In this document: positions 12,009-25,073 of the stretch, in pieces
Layout: every line of letters starts with the position of its first letter
How positions within the stretch are numbered: position 1 is the stretch's first letter
Assembly: GCA_051294905.1 (NCBI GenBank)
Contig: CM119372.1
Span: 25,174,001-25,238,000, forward strand
Direction: 5' to 3'
Source of the DNA: Botryllus schlosseri
Lineage: Eukaryota
DNA: 64,000 nt
The notes under the pieces: model-generated
What the model was told of the DNA's origin: nothing
The model's input: the letters and a program-made list of their open reading frames with translations, nothing else
The model's database searches: none
Position numbers and translations under genes: made by a program

Positions 12009-15000
12009 CTGCGAAGAAGAATTACAGTGAATATCTTGTGGGATAACAACGTTTCGTTGTTTCAAGTTTCAAAACTAACACGGACTATACAGTAATGGAA
12101 TATACATGTTGATAGGCACGCAGCGCCTATTTTCTGCCGGTTGCGCCGTGACATGACTTCAATTCGGTGTAATTTTGGCGTTGATTATTGGATGAATTCA
12201 GATACTTATGATTAGGACTGGGCAAAATCGAATTGCCTACCTGACCCATTCGATTCCTAGTCCGGTATTCGGCTTCGAGTCGAGTATTTGAGTTCACTAT
12301 GACGACATAGCAGAACGGGGGACTTCGAAAGTTCAAATAGAGTGTGCAGTACAACAATGTCAGCAATACGCATGTAAAACAAATTTTGTACCGCCCGACC
12401 ATGATCATTTCATCGCGCTTTGTTACCATGCTACGGGATAATCACAAAAATGCCGTAACCCTGGTTAATTGAATATTCATAGCCTCGTGCTAAAGCAATG
12501 GTTCCCAAGGCGGGCGACATCGCCCTCAGTGGGCGATTTTGACAAACAAGGGGGTGAAAGGCCAAAGGGTCGACTGGGGGTGGGGGGGGGTGTTAGAACG
12601 TCCAGTGATATATATTTAATGAACACAGTAAAAAAATGCACGTGGATACGGCTTATTCTGCATATGACGCGAAAAAGTGTCAAATCAACAAAAAGTAGAC
12701 GCGGAAACCTGTTTTCCGAGCACCTACCACCTCGGAAAAATGACCTTTTTTCAGTATATTCACCAGCGATCAGAGTTAGGTGAATAAATTTCCCGATTAT
12801 ATGACCTCTTTTTCTGATCGGTAAATATGTGGGGGTGGGGGGGAGGGGCGAAAATTTGTGTCCAGATTGATAAGGGGGCGATGAGTCCAAAAAGATTGGA
12901 GGCCACTGTGCCAAAGGCTCTGAATGCTATTTGTGCAATCGAGGTATCAATTCTCCCGCGGAGGAAAGAATGTATTGAAATTATATTTCTCGTTCAAATA
13001 ATCGTGAACGTGTGAATTCGTTACACGAATAAACCGAATCTACTCGACTCGAATCATTACAACTAATACTTCATACCCTAATTAATACCCTAATTAGATT
13101 ACTCGAATCGTTGTGCCCAGCGCTACTTGCACTGATTGATTAATTATGAGACGCGGAACTATTCGGTGCCTTCATTTCAGTAATGGCTGTTTTGGTGCCA
13201 GTATGGTTATTTGATAGACCGGCCTTATAAACCTTATCCAAAATTGCCACTCTATGTCGAACTCGATATTATTCTGGTGCCGAATATCCGTTCTTCTCAT
13301 TACGAATTGCAATATATCTGAGCGCGAAACTCTTACCGCCCAAGCCGCCAACTTTCTGCTTTTTCTTTTCAACTTCATAAGAGCATCAATATCGAGTTCC
13401 TTCTTCGCTCGAAGCTCATCCAATATACCGCCTGTAGTCCCGTAAGGGGCGTACACACCTGAGTCTCTGCGATATGTGAATGTTAAGTTGAAGAATTCAT
13501 TGTATTCACTCAGCGCAGCTTCGTGGTTCTTCTCTCCGGACCACCATACATATAATTGATCGGGACGCCTGAAAATTCACAAACATCCAGCTATACACTC
13601 ATATGCTTCGGAAACGAGTTTCCTCTTCTGACCGTGGTGGTCAAAGAATATACGGGGGGGGGGGGGGGGTATTCGGGCATAATTAGAAGCAGCGTCGTAT
13701 ATATTTCCAATCACTTACAAGTAAAAGTAGCAATTTCAAAGATATGCCAAAATTACTTCAAGCAGCAGTAGAAAATGAAGATACGTAAGTATATAGTTCC
13801 AAAAACTAGGATTTGATCGATGGATCATACACTGCTAGTACAGTGTATCGGAAGTTGTAGAAATATGTGCAATTTTTGGAAATGCATTCGGTTGTCATGA
13901 TGCAGGGGTTCTTTCGCCTACCTCTCAATATTACCTTTTACTTTGAATAGCCCTATTCCTAAAAATCTAAAGTCGCTTTGTCTAAAAATTATCAGTAGAA
14001 GTAGTTTAAAACATAATTATTTGAGTACGTAGAATAAATAGCAAAACCTATTTGACTATACTCGGAAAAAGTAGAAGCACATCATTATCTACCATATCTG
14101 GTTGATCAAACGTATATCTTTATCGCCCTCAACCTATGAACTAACTATTATGTGTCATGCGGTACTCTTGGAATTTCTAAAAATGTTCCCGGCAGCTTGA
14201 GAACCATTGCATAGATAATATAGAATAATATATAGATCAAGAGCTTCAACTCCGATTCCGTCAGTTCAGTCAATTCCAAACTGTTCAAAGGGAAAAGTCT
14301 ATGCACCATTTGCAGCTCGTGCCATTGAAACTTTACCTCATAAAAGAAATCCTATAATTATAATGACTTAACGCAAAACCGCGCTCATATTCAAATTTTG
14401 GAAATTTGATCTCTACGCACCCTTTTCTAATAGATGAGTATAATTTGATATCACGGATGGGCATTTGCGGCACCACACAACTCACATTTCAAATATTCGA
14501 AGGTCGAATTCATACCTCACCGCAGGCATGGTGTCTTTTGATAGCGATTTGTAATGGAACACGATCGCGTCACTTTTTTCCAACGAGGATCTGTTGTACG
14601 TCACTCTGCAGTGGATTGCCTGACCACAGACGTTGGAATCCGCCCGGTAATCATTTTTTAAATTGAATGGAGGACGCCAAATTAAGATGGTTGGGCTCAT
14701 CTCGGAAATCTGGTGCTTGATGTCGATCGTTTGATCCTTGTATTGAAGCTGTAAGTACGAATATGTAGAAAGGTAAGCAATCGGCGATAGCTATTGGCCA
14801 TTTGCAGGACCCTCGTCACGTGATTTATTGCCTCAACTTACCGCCTTGCTGGTGTGAATAAACTCGCCTATTTTACTAAATTATATGTTGCCAATGTAGT
14901 CACATTGCGAGATGAAACCCCCTATTGTGAGTTTGTGAGTGAACGGGGAGTTATGCGAGCGCGCTGGTTTGTCGAATGTTGACACAGCAGGAAATCGATC

Positions 15001-15569
15001 CGATTTTTATCGTTTTAGTTCAATGGTTCTCAAATTGGGGGGATCGCCTCCTTGGGGGCGTGAAAGCATCTGAAGGGAGGGGGGCGCAAAGGTACCGGTT
15101 AACTGAAAAAATTATATGCGCTTCGCGCGATTTACCTTCAATTCATGGTTGTTTGCTCACTGTATAGTCCCAATTTTATCTTTGACAATTCTTTCATCAA
15201 CAGTCATAACTTTCCATAACAACAACTTATCCGTTGGGATTGCTAGCATGCTGGTTGCATTATGTGATATGACGATAAGGGTGCGTCAAATTTTTCGATA
15301 TTGTAAAGGGGGCGTGTCTAAAAAAAGTTTGAGAACCACTGTTCTAGTTTAACCATCCATCTTTCAATGGCTCAGGACTAGAAACCATTGCAAATGTATG
15401 CAGCAATGGAAACATATTCCATCGGCGAATGGTGATAACAATCACAAAACATATACATACATATGAAAACGAAACTTACCACTCTCTTTATTAACGTGAA
15501 GTTCATCAGCATAAAGAACAACGTGGCAAGTCCCACCAATTTCAGCTGCCTTTTCGTCCGGCGTGCCAT
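11343..15569 (-). CDS. Alpha-1,3/4-fucosyltransferase (glycosyltransferase family 10), 4 coding exons, about 406 aa, type II membrane protein
   Basis: Exons (minus) 15569-15480, 14748-14516, 13568-13337 and 12008-11343 are all bounded by GT..AG. Phases 0,2,0 join into 1221 nt. Basic N-terminus plus hydrophobic anchor (MARRTKRQLKLVGLATLFFMLMNF). GT10 motifs: ILIW, DAIVFH, FNLTFTYRRDS, AAWA|VSNC, YKFYLAFEN..CKDYITEKFW.N, FIHVEDF, YLAWR, FCKLC. Confidence 0.93.
12213..13125. mobile_element. hAT-type MITE (ACTCGA arrays) in fucosyltransferase intron 3, same family as 31327-31854
   Basis: TAGGACTGGGCAAAATCGA / TCGTTGTGCCCAGCGCTA termini; TSD degraded. Confidence 0.75.
12496..12908. mobile_element. 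Buster-type hAT MITE nested in 12213-13125
   Basis: CAATGGTTCCCAA / TTGGAGGCCACTG; TSD TGCTAAAG/TGCCAAAG; inverted homologue of 25074-25471. Confidence 0.85.
13337..13568 (-). CDS. Fucosyltransferase exon 3
   Basis: TTTTCAG acceptor; RPDQLYVWWSGE...FNLTFTYRRDSGVYAPYG...LAAWA; GTAAGA donor. Confidence 0.88.
14516..14748 (-). CDS. Fucosyltransferase exon 2
   Basis: TTACAG acceptor; LQYKDQ...ILIWRPPF...CRVTYNRSSLEKSDAIVFHY...MPAV; phase-2 GTATGA donor. Confidence 0.85.
15021..15341. mobile_element. Buster-type hAT MITE in fucosyltransferase intron 1
   Basis: CAATGGTTCTCAAA / TTTGAGAACCACTG; TSD TTTTAGTT/TTCTAGTT; homologues at 45241-45549 and 61969-62253. Confidence 0.85.
15480..15569 (-). 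CDS. Fucosyltransferase exon 1 (cytoplasmic tail and signal-anchor)
   Basis: ATG at 15569, 30 codons, then donor GTAAGT. Confidence 0.8.
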
Positions 15570-15844
15570 TCTTTTCGCATAAATCTAATGTTGGTTCTCA
15601 AGGACATGTTGACTGATTTATGGTTGGCTTGCTATCACTGCCTCAGGCTATCTTTATTCCGCGGTCGTTGTTCCAGTTGAGCATGTCAACACAGATACAT
15701 CACCGTACGCCGAATCGCAAAAATTATGCATGTCGCAAGGTGAAGTAGAGGTCCGTATAGAGGAGTAACATATTGGAGATGATTGGAATCCCTGGTCATA
15801 GCAATTTGCGACGTAGCTACCTTATAAATTCCTATGCTCTAATA

Positions 15845-16040
15845 AAGTTGTTTTGTCAATTTTTTTAAAGGGTCGCGAAGGTGTTGACTGTTGATCTTTC
15901 TCGTTGGTAATTAGTGTCCTAAATAGCCCGTGAGTGCGGATGACCTTTTTTAGTAATCAGCACAAGAAATTGAGAGGCGGGTCGAGGAACATTTTCGAAT
16001 TGGAAATTGGGTCGCGACCATAATAAGTTGGAAACCACTG
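15845..16040. mobile_element. Short hAT MITE upstream of the fucosyltransferase start
   Basis: Right end GGGTCGCGACC...GTTGGAAACCACTG; left end degenerate; perfect TSD CTCTAATA. Confidence 0.75.
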
Positions 16041-16125
16041 CTCTAATAGTAACATCGATATTAAGACTTCTGGACTGATGTTATTCTAATTACTTGAATT
16101 CATGGAGCCATCACGTTTTTGATAC

Positions 16126-16150
16126 ATATATATATATATATATATATATA
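16126..16150. repeat. (TA)n microsatellite
   Basis: Direct reading. Confidence 0.9.
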
Positions 16151-17232
16151 GTGGTATTCGCGTACCTGATTGGTGAAATTCAAGAAGTAGGCTAGCTATA
16201 TATACATTTGCGTGCTGCAGACAAACCAGTTACCACGGCAGTATTAATGGTCAAGGTAATCGCGCGAATGTCGTTGTTACCATCTGTAATCAGTCCTATT
16301 ATAATGATAGCCCGAAAGTGTTGTGAGCCACTATTATAGCTTGATCACAAGTTAATATTACCGACATCAGTATGCCACAAATTGTATGACGTGAAGGCAA
16401 GAATTGGTATGCCGATTTGGGATGGAATCTTTTGAAATCGTGACTAGACTTGATAATTATCAATGCCCGATACAACAGATCGCTCGGAGCACGGGAATTG
16501 TTTCAAGGATTTATATTTGTTCATAAAAGTGCGTCCAGTTGTTATAAAATGAGCTTTGCGAGCTTTTGGGAGTATATGAATATCTCCTGGCTGGACTCGC
16601 GGTTGTACAATGGTGACCATCGGTGTACGTCTGATAAATTTCAACCACGGGCCATATAGTTGGGAATACGAAGCGAGCAATCGAACATACTAGTGGCTTA
16701 TTGTTTGCTCCATTAGGTCATTACTACATCGACGATTCTCAGTAACTGGGACAAGGACAACATTACTTGACCACAAAGCAAATTATAAATCTTGATCTAA
16801 ATATCTTTTTCCATTCGTTAATTCATAGGTTCGATGAAGTTACTCGCCTATCACTTGAGATGCTCCCGCGTACCACCAGTGGTACGCGTACCACAGTTTG
16901 GGAACCCTTGGCTTATAAGCACGAGAGTGTACCCCATCCACTAGGCAAACCGATGACAATCAATAATAGGGCCTGTCTCTCAACACTTCTTCATACATTA
17001 TACAGATTTACGCAACGAGTCGGAGCCATTCCAATACGCACTATTGCCGTGAATAAAGATCAAAATATTGTGACAAATTTTGCATACTCAATGGCGCTCC
17101 TGGCTATTAGGGTAAAAGTTTGACTCAATATTCACATGATGAACTTTCTATAAAATATTTGTCCGTGTGCGTCTACCATGGATATATCTACAAAGCCAGA
17201 AAGTCTATGCTCCGAAAAAGTATACATACAGG

Positions 17233-17673
17233 TAGGGTTGCATTTAAAACAAAAATCAATTTAAAACAAACATGTTTGAAACAAGGCCCTAAGTTAAAAC
17301 ATGTTTTTTACTGTTTTGTCGTTTTTAAAAGCCATGGCGTCACGAATTTTCAGTTGTAACGTCATAGTGGATTGACATTGACAATTGAAAATATAGGGTG
17401 AATATAGCTCCTGTGACGAAATATCTGTAGTATTAATGTTGAACCGACTACTATGAGGGTTCCAACCATCCCATATCGATATACGTCGTATATATCGGGT
17501 GGTAATTGTCCGTAGGCTCATACAACATATTTCGGAAAGTATTTATACAACTATAGCATAATTTCATAACTTACCAAAACACATTTTTTTAAATGGCCTC
17601 TGTTTACAACACTGTTTAAAACAAGTTTTAAACAAAGTGTTTTAAAACACCGTTTGTTTTAAATGCAACCCTA
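17233..17673. mobile_element. hAT-type MITE with TTTAAAAC arrays
   Basis: TIR TAGGGTTGCATTTAAAACAAA / TTTGTTTTAAATGCAACCCTA; TSD CATACAGG/CATGCAGG. Confidence 0.88.
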
Positions 17674-19053
17674 CATGCAGGCGAGGTGGTCACTTACGAA
17701 TTACTTCTGCTTTTTTCCACTGGAAAGTTGTGTAATGTGTATGCTTCTACACTTTGAGTGAGAGAGCCAATGTACCACGGTAACTATAATATTTTTGGAA
17801 AAGTACACCTATTTGCAATTTCATTAGTTATTTTGGGGTAGGCGCGAAGATGCACAGTGCAATTTCAAAAGAGTCCACCTATGATAAGCTGATAAAAGTA
17901 TGCGACCTATCGACCAAGCACGCCTTTTGAAACTAACCGCTTGAGTACGCCCTATTTCTCAAATACTTCCATTTATGAGTATAGTTTTGACTTATCTTTC
18001 AATTTGAATATTCTATTTCTAACTAAATTGAGATTTATGGAGTTCTTTTCACTTTTACTTGAGTAGCAACGAGGACTACTTTTCCGACCTCTGCATATAT
18101 TGGATATTTAAATGAATGAAGTAGCAATATTTAAATACTCATTAATGTTGTTCCGTTCGGCTTCATTGGCTTCACATCCATAATCGTCAAAAGAGTCCTT
18201 ATGATCACATCATCGCCTCATTTGACTAGCATAGTTGCAAATTGTCTCGAAATGTTCGCATCAGGTCCGGAAGATGGCATTCTAGACATGGGTCTGCTTA
18301 AACGTATCCTGTATGTATTGTATATGCCACACCTTTGGCACATAGCGATCACTGGTACATGTGATGATATTTTGTAAATAGGAATCAATCTCTCTAGGTT
18401 GATCTAAATCAGAAAACGTGACACAGGTCTTGTCGCAGGGTTGCGTACGGTACGTCACAATTTTAGTTGCATGTTTGCATAAAACATTCGGAAACATTCA
18501 GACAAGAAGTGAAATGAAATCGGAATAAGATCAATTCTATAGCGTTTATACAAACTCCTCGCCGTAGATTTCAATCTATCTACCTTGGGGGCTTCTGTCA
18601 CGTGCGAACTTGCAGATATCAACCGGAACCTAATAAGATGAGATTGAAAAAGAGCTCATTTTGATGTCTATAAATATGATATGACTAATCTGAATCGTAG
18701 TCCTGAAATAGGATCAAGCATGTCAATACAGTATTTCTGACAATCTCGAAATCTGAATCCATCTGCACTCTGGCTGTACTCTATTTTGCCTACACCGATT
18801 ATGTGGTCATTCGAAATACTAAATCGAGCGTATATTGTAGATTTTACAGGATAACATGTCCGAAATATGTTATTCCACGTCGATTTAGAACTATGTGTTA
18901 AAAAATCGTCAACTTGAGTTATGTTTGCTGATTTCGGGGGATTTCAGTGATATCCCTATTCAAGAATTCATGTCTCATCTCAAGACGTTATTCGATATGT
19001 CCACATATGCGTATTTCCCGTAAACCTTTACTGAATTAGAATTGGTGCATCAG

Positions 19054-19478
19054 CAGTGGTGGCTTTTGGGGTGGGCGAGGTGGGCGGTCGCCCGGGGCCC
19101 CCCCTGGTCGAAGGGCTCCCCCTATTCGGATTATGCGCTTTTTTAAGGATAATAACGAATAAACATGGAAATCCGTGTACCAAGCCAGAATATGATTCCG
19201 TACGGATGTGTCAATCATCATCAAATCTCTGCATTTTTTAGAAAAGTCCCGTATCCCGATGATCATCACGTCTCTGCATGCGGTAGAATTACTTAGTCTT
19301 GAGGTAGTCTATCCTTAGACACATACAAAAACAGACATAGTCGAATCCAACAGCTAAACCTTACCGCGGGAAAGGGGGGTCTGGGGGGCGGAGCCCCCCA
19401 GAAGTTACGGTTAGATACTTATAGGGGGCCCCCCGGTAAGTCTCGCCCAGGGCCCCCCCGTTCGTAAGGCCACCACTG
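19054..19478. mobile_element. hAT-type MITE with GC-rich ends
   Basis: TIR CAGTGGTGGC / GCCACCACTG; perfect TSD TGCATCAG. Confidence 0.88.
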
Positions 19479-22400
19479 TGCATCAGCATGAAACTAACAC
19501 ATTCAACGGGAATCATACCATTGTTATTATCACTTGGTTTGACATTGTAGTATATTTGTTGGTTTTTATTTCGGGTTATCTGTGGCGTGGTTCTTTTACC
19601 ATATAGTGTGATTGTAATTTTTATCAAACTACCAAGAATATGGTCAACAGGGTACATTGTTGACGCGTTTACTTTGCGTTGCGATTTGAGTTAATTTCCA
19701 AAAGATTGAATGACCATTACGATTACTCAACACCACTATCATATCGGGTGCTATACTTCAAACCTATTCGCCCTTCTTCCTTTCACCAAGGTGTTTTCAT
19801 AGTGGTGTCAGCAGATTTCTGAATTAGGTGTGTGGAATTGCATGAGTTTGTCGCTGATTTAAACATTTGAATATTTGATGAAATAAACTTGTCGTTGACA
19901 CTATTTTGCAATATACGACGTTGAAATAACCCGGGTCCACACATAACTGAGAAGCTATATCAATCCAGTGCCTATGTTCATTGGAATATGGTGCAATATT
20001 TGTTTGAAAATTCCTGGTCTTGAGGACATTCGTTATGGGGACTTTATCATATCGGCACATATTTAGTTCGTGCGTGTCCTATCCAACATTCAATTGGGTG
20101 GTATTTGATAAAAATGAAAACACAGAAAGTTAACGTTTTACGATCACAAACGTGTTCTTGACCTTTTGGAATGATTCCAACATCGATGTGGCGTGCGTGA
20201 AAAGGGGAAAGTCTTTTGATTATCGGTACTTATTTGTTATCACATTGATGCCACGGTGCGTCATACTTCCATCTATTGGCGATCGTTTCAATCTATCGGT
20301 TTTCCACCTGAAACTATTTGTAAGATTCACATAAATCTTCACGCTGCTCAATATTTTAGATCGCGAATGTATCTAACTAAGACTCTGTAGGCTATAACTT
20401 ATTATACATGGAAATTCTCTGATATTCCGCCTCAATTTAAAGGGATATGCAAATTAGGGGAAATGGAGATCACGCTCCTATTTTGATAGCGGTTAAGTTG
20501 ATAGACGTGAGCTACAACAATGACTTAGATAAACCGTTCTGATGATGGGACGAAGTCAATTACATACGTCCGTGAAATTTAGAATAGCTAATCGCGATTG
20601 CAAATCAAATTTTCATGCATGAATTTTAAATAGGCTTTAGAAGATACACAGCTTCAGTATCGCAAAAGGAAATTTATCCCGCTCTATGTATTTCGACTGA
20701 CTCTCCTTACCAGCGAATGTCAGTAAAATCAGAATACCGAAATAATTCTCCCGTTGTGACGTAATACTGACACGTAAGCAGACTCGCGAACGGCAGATAA
20801 CAATGCTCAGGTAACGGTATAAAAGAGACATGTTCGTCCGTAAACATACCCGAATAACAACACAATGATCATGAAATATCACTGACTATGGAGATGTATT
20901 TTTGGCGACAGACGATCTGTTGTTTTAGTTTTATCCTGGTTGATTCAAGGACCTCCGAAGTAAAGACAGCGACCACGAACAACTATGGAAAATTGATTGC
21001 TACTATAATAGCTGGCAAATTATTTGTTTTGATCGATTCGAGGCGGATCATATTTCCACCCAAATATATATTCATTTTCATCGCACATTACAGAATAAGT
21101 AAGCATAGAATATAGCTTCGAACGGTCGTCTAAAATTTTTTACTTTACACCAAACTATAAAAACGTGACATTGAGGAATTTTTCTGAAGGGAATTCCTTA
21201 TTGCATCATCCAAAATCTTTCCGTTTAATTGATACATATATTTCATATAAATTTTTCACTGTCATATACAACATAGCTATTGACAAATTACTATTGTTTA
21301 ATGTAGACTCGACTTGCGAACTTGTCCTCTTCAAGTTCGACGACCTCGCTCAATACCACCTATAAACTAAACCGCGTTTTCATTTTATGATAACATAAAT
21401 CGTTTGTGCCATTTTTCGTAAACGTCACGAAAGATGCCAATATTTGTGCACATCACTTACAAGGCATAGCGTTGAGAATAAAAGTTCGAGTATACTTGAG
21501 TGAGGCTTGAACCATTCGTGTCTAGTATCGATAACTGAGTAGACATATTGATGTCATATTTCTGAAGCGAGACTTATCGTTCTATGAAAAATACTTACCA
21601 ACATCGGGATATCGGGCGTAGCTGTTCCATAACTTATGCGACATGTTGTAAAACTCCATGACTCTCACTCAGTCTCACATTGAACCCCGTGGAAACTTTA
21701 TCTGGCAGAGACCCAAAGACACTAAGGATGGAGCGAACTCCTGAAAGGTTCTGGTTCATGCGAACACGAACATGAGCGCAAAAATATGACATCATCTGAC
21801 GTCACAAAACATTTAAAAATCTAAAAATTAAAAATTAACATCGTAAAATTTAGAAATTGTCTGGGGTCTCCGCCTGTATAACAAGTATCCTTAAATAGAG
21901 TACACTTGTGGAAATTCATAAGATGTCACGATGACGATGACGGGCGTAACAATGTGACTTTAAAGAAATGTCGTATCACATGATGTTCTAGCAAATCGTT
22001 TGAAAAAATCCCTGGAAAGGTTCTTGCGCCGGTAATACTCTGGCATGCTGCGGAGAAGGCATGGAAAAAGCGGAGCCGTGACTGCCGCTCCCCATTTCAA
22101 AGCATAACTTACATAAATGAAACCAACTGTATTCGATGTTAAGAAAGACTTCCTAGTATGGCGGAGCGTCCTGTCAGAACGTTGTGGTGATTTAGTCCAG
22201 GGATATGCAACGTGCGAATCTATTATACACAGGAATCTTGGGTTTGATCGCTTCTGCGCTGGCACACATCAAGATATATGAAGTTTTGGCTAGCAAACGG
22301 CTGCGATTCGCGATTCGTACAACTGCGCCTTCTCCATTACATACACGACCGTAAACATGTAGCATACTAACAATAGAAACGCGTTCAATTCGATATGAGA

Positions 22401-22502
22401 GTCTTGGGTCGCGGACTAAAAAGTTTAGGAACCAGTGTTTTGTTTGATATTGATGGTGTTTCGATTACATTGGTCATTTTACACCTGGCCGATACTCTAG
22501 AG

Positions 22503-22845
22503 AAGACCTGGGCAAAGCGCGGTCCGCGGAGCTATTCTGAGCGGCCCGCGTGTCCGCTGCTTGGAATTCAAACCATGAAACGTACTTTTGAATATTTCTG
22601 CGTGGAATGAGACCATAGGCTGTATTAACTGAACCGGAACGGAAATTGGTTTACTTTGAAACCTGTTTATGTCGCGATTACGTTACCTACGTCGCATGCG
22701 TAATCCAGATTCAAAATCAAGCCAAGTAGCAAAGTATGTCATAACAATTTAAGTCAAAAGAAGAGACTCTTTCCATATGGTTTAGTTCAAACCTTCTTTG
22801 TTGCCATTGTTACAATACGCGTTAAACGGTCTGTGCTTCAAATTG
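22503..22845. mobile_element. Left part of a hAT element of the 44500-45834 family
   Basis: Collinear similarity from AGACCTGGGCAAAG.GCGG.CCGCG through GTTCAAACCTTC.TTGTTGCCATTGT; the match stops where the LINE tail begins. Confidence 0.75.
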
Positions 22846-22854
22846 TTTCTTGAT

Positions 22855-23905
22855 AGAGAGAGAGAGAATTCTTTTAGTCGTCAACCATGAAATATGGTAT
22901 AGGCAATATCCACAAACATTCATGTCAAATAGTATACATTTTTTAAAATATTTTCCTAACTATATTTTACACAGTATAGACTGGGAGACCCGATATGACC
23001 GAAGTCTTCTAGGCCGGAGTCACCCAAGCATATTGGCAGTATTAATGATGATATGAATCAATTTCTTCTCTCAGTCAAGTAGCACAGCAAAGAGTAACGA
23101 AATAAACAAATGTAAATAAAAGACAGCAACACTAGTGAACGACGGCTACCATTGTTAACAGTGTGATCAGAAAATAGCAATTTCACCCATGTACGCAGTG
23201 GTAATATTATTGTAGCATATAAAATGAAACAAAACAACATCACTGTGGTCATAAGATATCTTCTTGGATAAGATAAATTTGTAATAGCAAGATTTAAACT
23301 TATGATAAGGAAGAGTACGGTAGATAGTTGGTACGTTGTTCCAAAATTTCACACCTATATGAGATAGGGAATTTCTTGACATTCTAGATGAATTCAATTC
23401 AACAAATAGGGACTGATTCTGTGAGAATCTTGTGTTATAATGGTGTATTGAATTGGGGCATTGAAAAAAGGTGTCGAAATAGTCAGGTAATGTTCTTTCA
23501 TTATATTGTTTCATGATTTTTACAATTTCAAACTCATACAAATCCGAGACCTTGAGAATGCCCAATTTTCTAAATTCAGGACTGACACTACTACGTGCAG
23601 GTACATTAGATATAATCCTAATGGCTTTGTTTTGTAATACCTGGCTTGTTGATATGCTTCTTGTAAGAGCAGCCCCACACTGTTATTCCAAATGTAAGAT
23701 GGCAGTGGACGAGCGCATGATAAACAGGTAGGAGAAGTGATATTGGAACCAGCCTCTTCAGGCGATAGAGTGCACCAAAGCCACGAGATATTTTGCTTGC
23801 TATGTAGTTGATGTGATGGTCCCATACTAGATTATCATCAATAATAATACCAAGATACTTGACAGACTTACTGGTTTTAATCAAAGAGTCCTTTAGTTTG
23901 AATTC
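22855..23905 (-). mobile_element. 5'-truncated non-LTR retrotransposon (CR1/L2-group LINE), RT C-terminal remnant plus 3' UTR
   Basis: Minus-strand peptides KYLGIIIDDNLVWDHHI..IASKISR..., YHALVHCHLTFGITVWG, LQNKAIRII (after a frameshift near 23640), HHYNTR, G.KFWN..P. The 3' UTR has a stem-loop (22983-23025) and a (CT)n tail. Confidence 0.88.
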
Positions 23906-23951
23906 TACAAAAACAACGGCGTAGAAAATTGCGGACCAGCATCGTGTAAGA

Positions 23952-24672
23952 CAGTGGCACTTAAACTTTTTAGACCGCGACCAAAATCTGTTTTAATGGC
24001 ATCTCGCAACCCAAATCTCATACATTAAAAGATACATTTTAGCATTAGTATATGCTAAGTTTTTACGGGCATGTAGCCTATAACAGAGAGAACGCGCAGA
24101 AAACAGTTGTACGCAACGCAGCTCTATGAAACATGTCTAACTCACGCGATTGAAAATTGCAGTGCATTATTTACCTCCGGGGTCGCATTCGTACTACTGT
24201 CTACTCTACTCGGATTGCTAGGGCAAGGCCGGGACTATGCCGATTATTGCGATACAGGTCTTATCAATAGTGAAAGTTTTTGCTAACCAGCGACGGTCTG
24301 TATTGGCCAGGGTTTAATCGCAGCCGATCTTTTTGGCATTGCATTTGCCCAGCTGTACGTAGGCGAAAACGCCGAGGAAGGGATTGGCCCCGAAATGCCT
24401 GTGTATCGTATTTTTGCACATTTTCATGATCGAGCCCTGTTGTAGCAACGACTTTTCTATTACGTAACCCGCTCATTGAATATAGTACCCAACACAATAA
24501 CTTCGGATATGAACAAACTAACCACAGGAAATCGCCCGAAGGAATTTTCCGTTTCGACAAATTCAACAAATATTGCATACATATTAAGAGATCGCTCTGG
24601 TGCCTCCGCGACCCAATATTTCAGCCTTTGCGAGCCATGTTCAGGTCGCGACCCATACTTTAAGAACCCCTG
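23952..24672. mobile_element. Buster-type hAT MITE
   Basis: CAGTGGCACTTAAAC / TTTAAGAACCCCTG; perfect TSD GTGTAAGA; its interior also matches about 6220-6400. Confidence 0.85.
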
Positions 24673-25073
24673 GTGTAAGACGTGTGTGATTCTCGATACC
24701 AGCACCGTGATCATCAGCGGGCAAACCAATCACTAGAGCAAAGGCCACTACACATCCAAATCCAATAACACGATAGATTTAGTTCGTTGCCGAAAGGAAT
24801 GTTGTAATGTGTAGCCCTTCCTTCTCTAATCTAACACTTGTAGCAGAAGAGGATGGCTACTTCTTTTCAAGTTCCCCGATTGGAGCGGTTATATTAAAAT
24901 ATCACCAAAACGCACAGCACATACGCAACAAACTACAACTCAGTACCGAAAAACGCCTTTTCCGTTGCTGCATGCCTGAGTGGTCTTGCCGCGCGGGGTC
25001 AAACGTCAGGCGATTACAAATGCGTGGTATATACGTGGTGGAATCTGGTCAACCACTCCCCAAGAGAATAAAC

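Noticed and set aside
12009..12065. ORF-track start for a single-exon 240-aa fucosyltransferase
   Set aside because: The TTG start lies in intron 3. The true frame enters at the AG acceptor at 12009-12010, completing the AAWA|VSNC motif.
19500..20060. Possible NACHT-like pseudogene relic (LCVDPGYFNVVYC..TTSLF)
   Set aside because: The resemblance is too short, with no Walker motifs or continuous frame visible.
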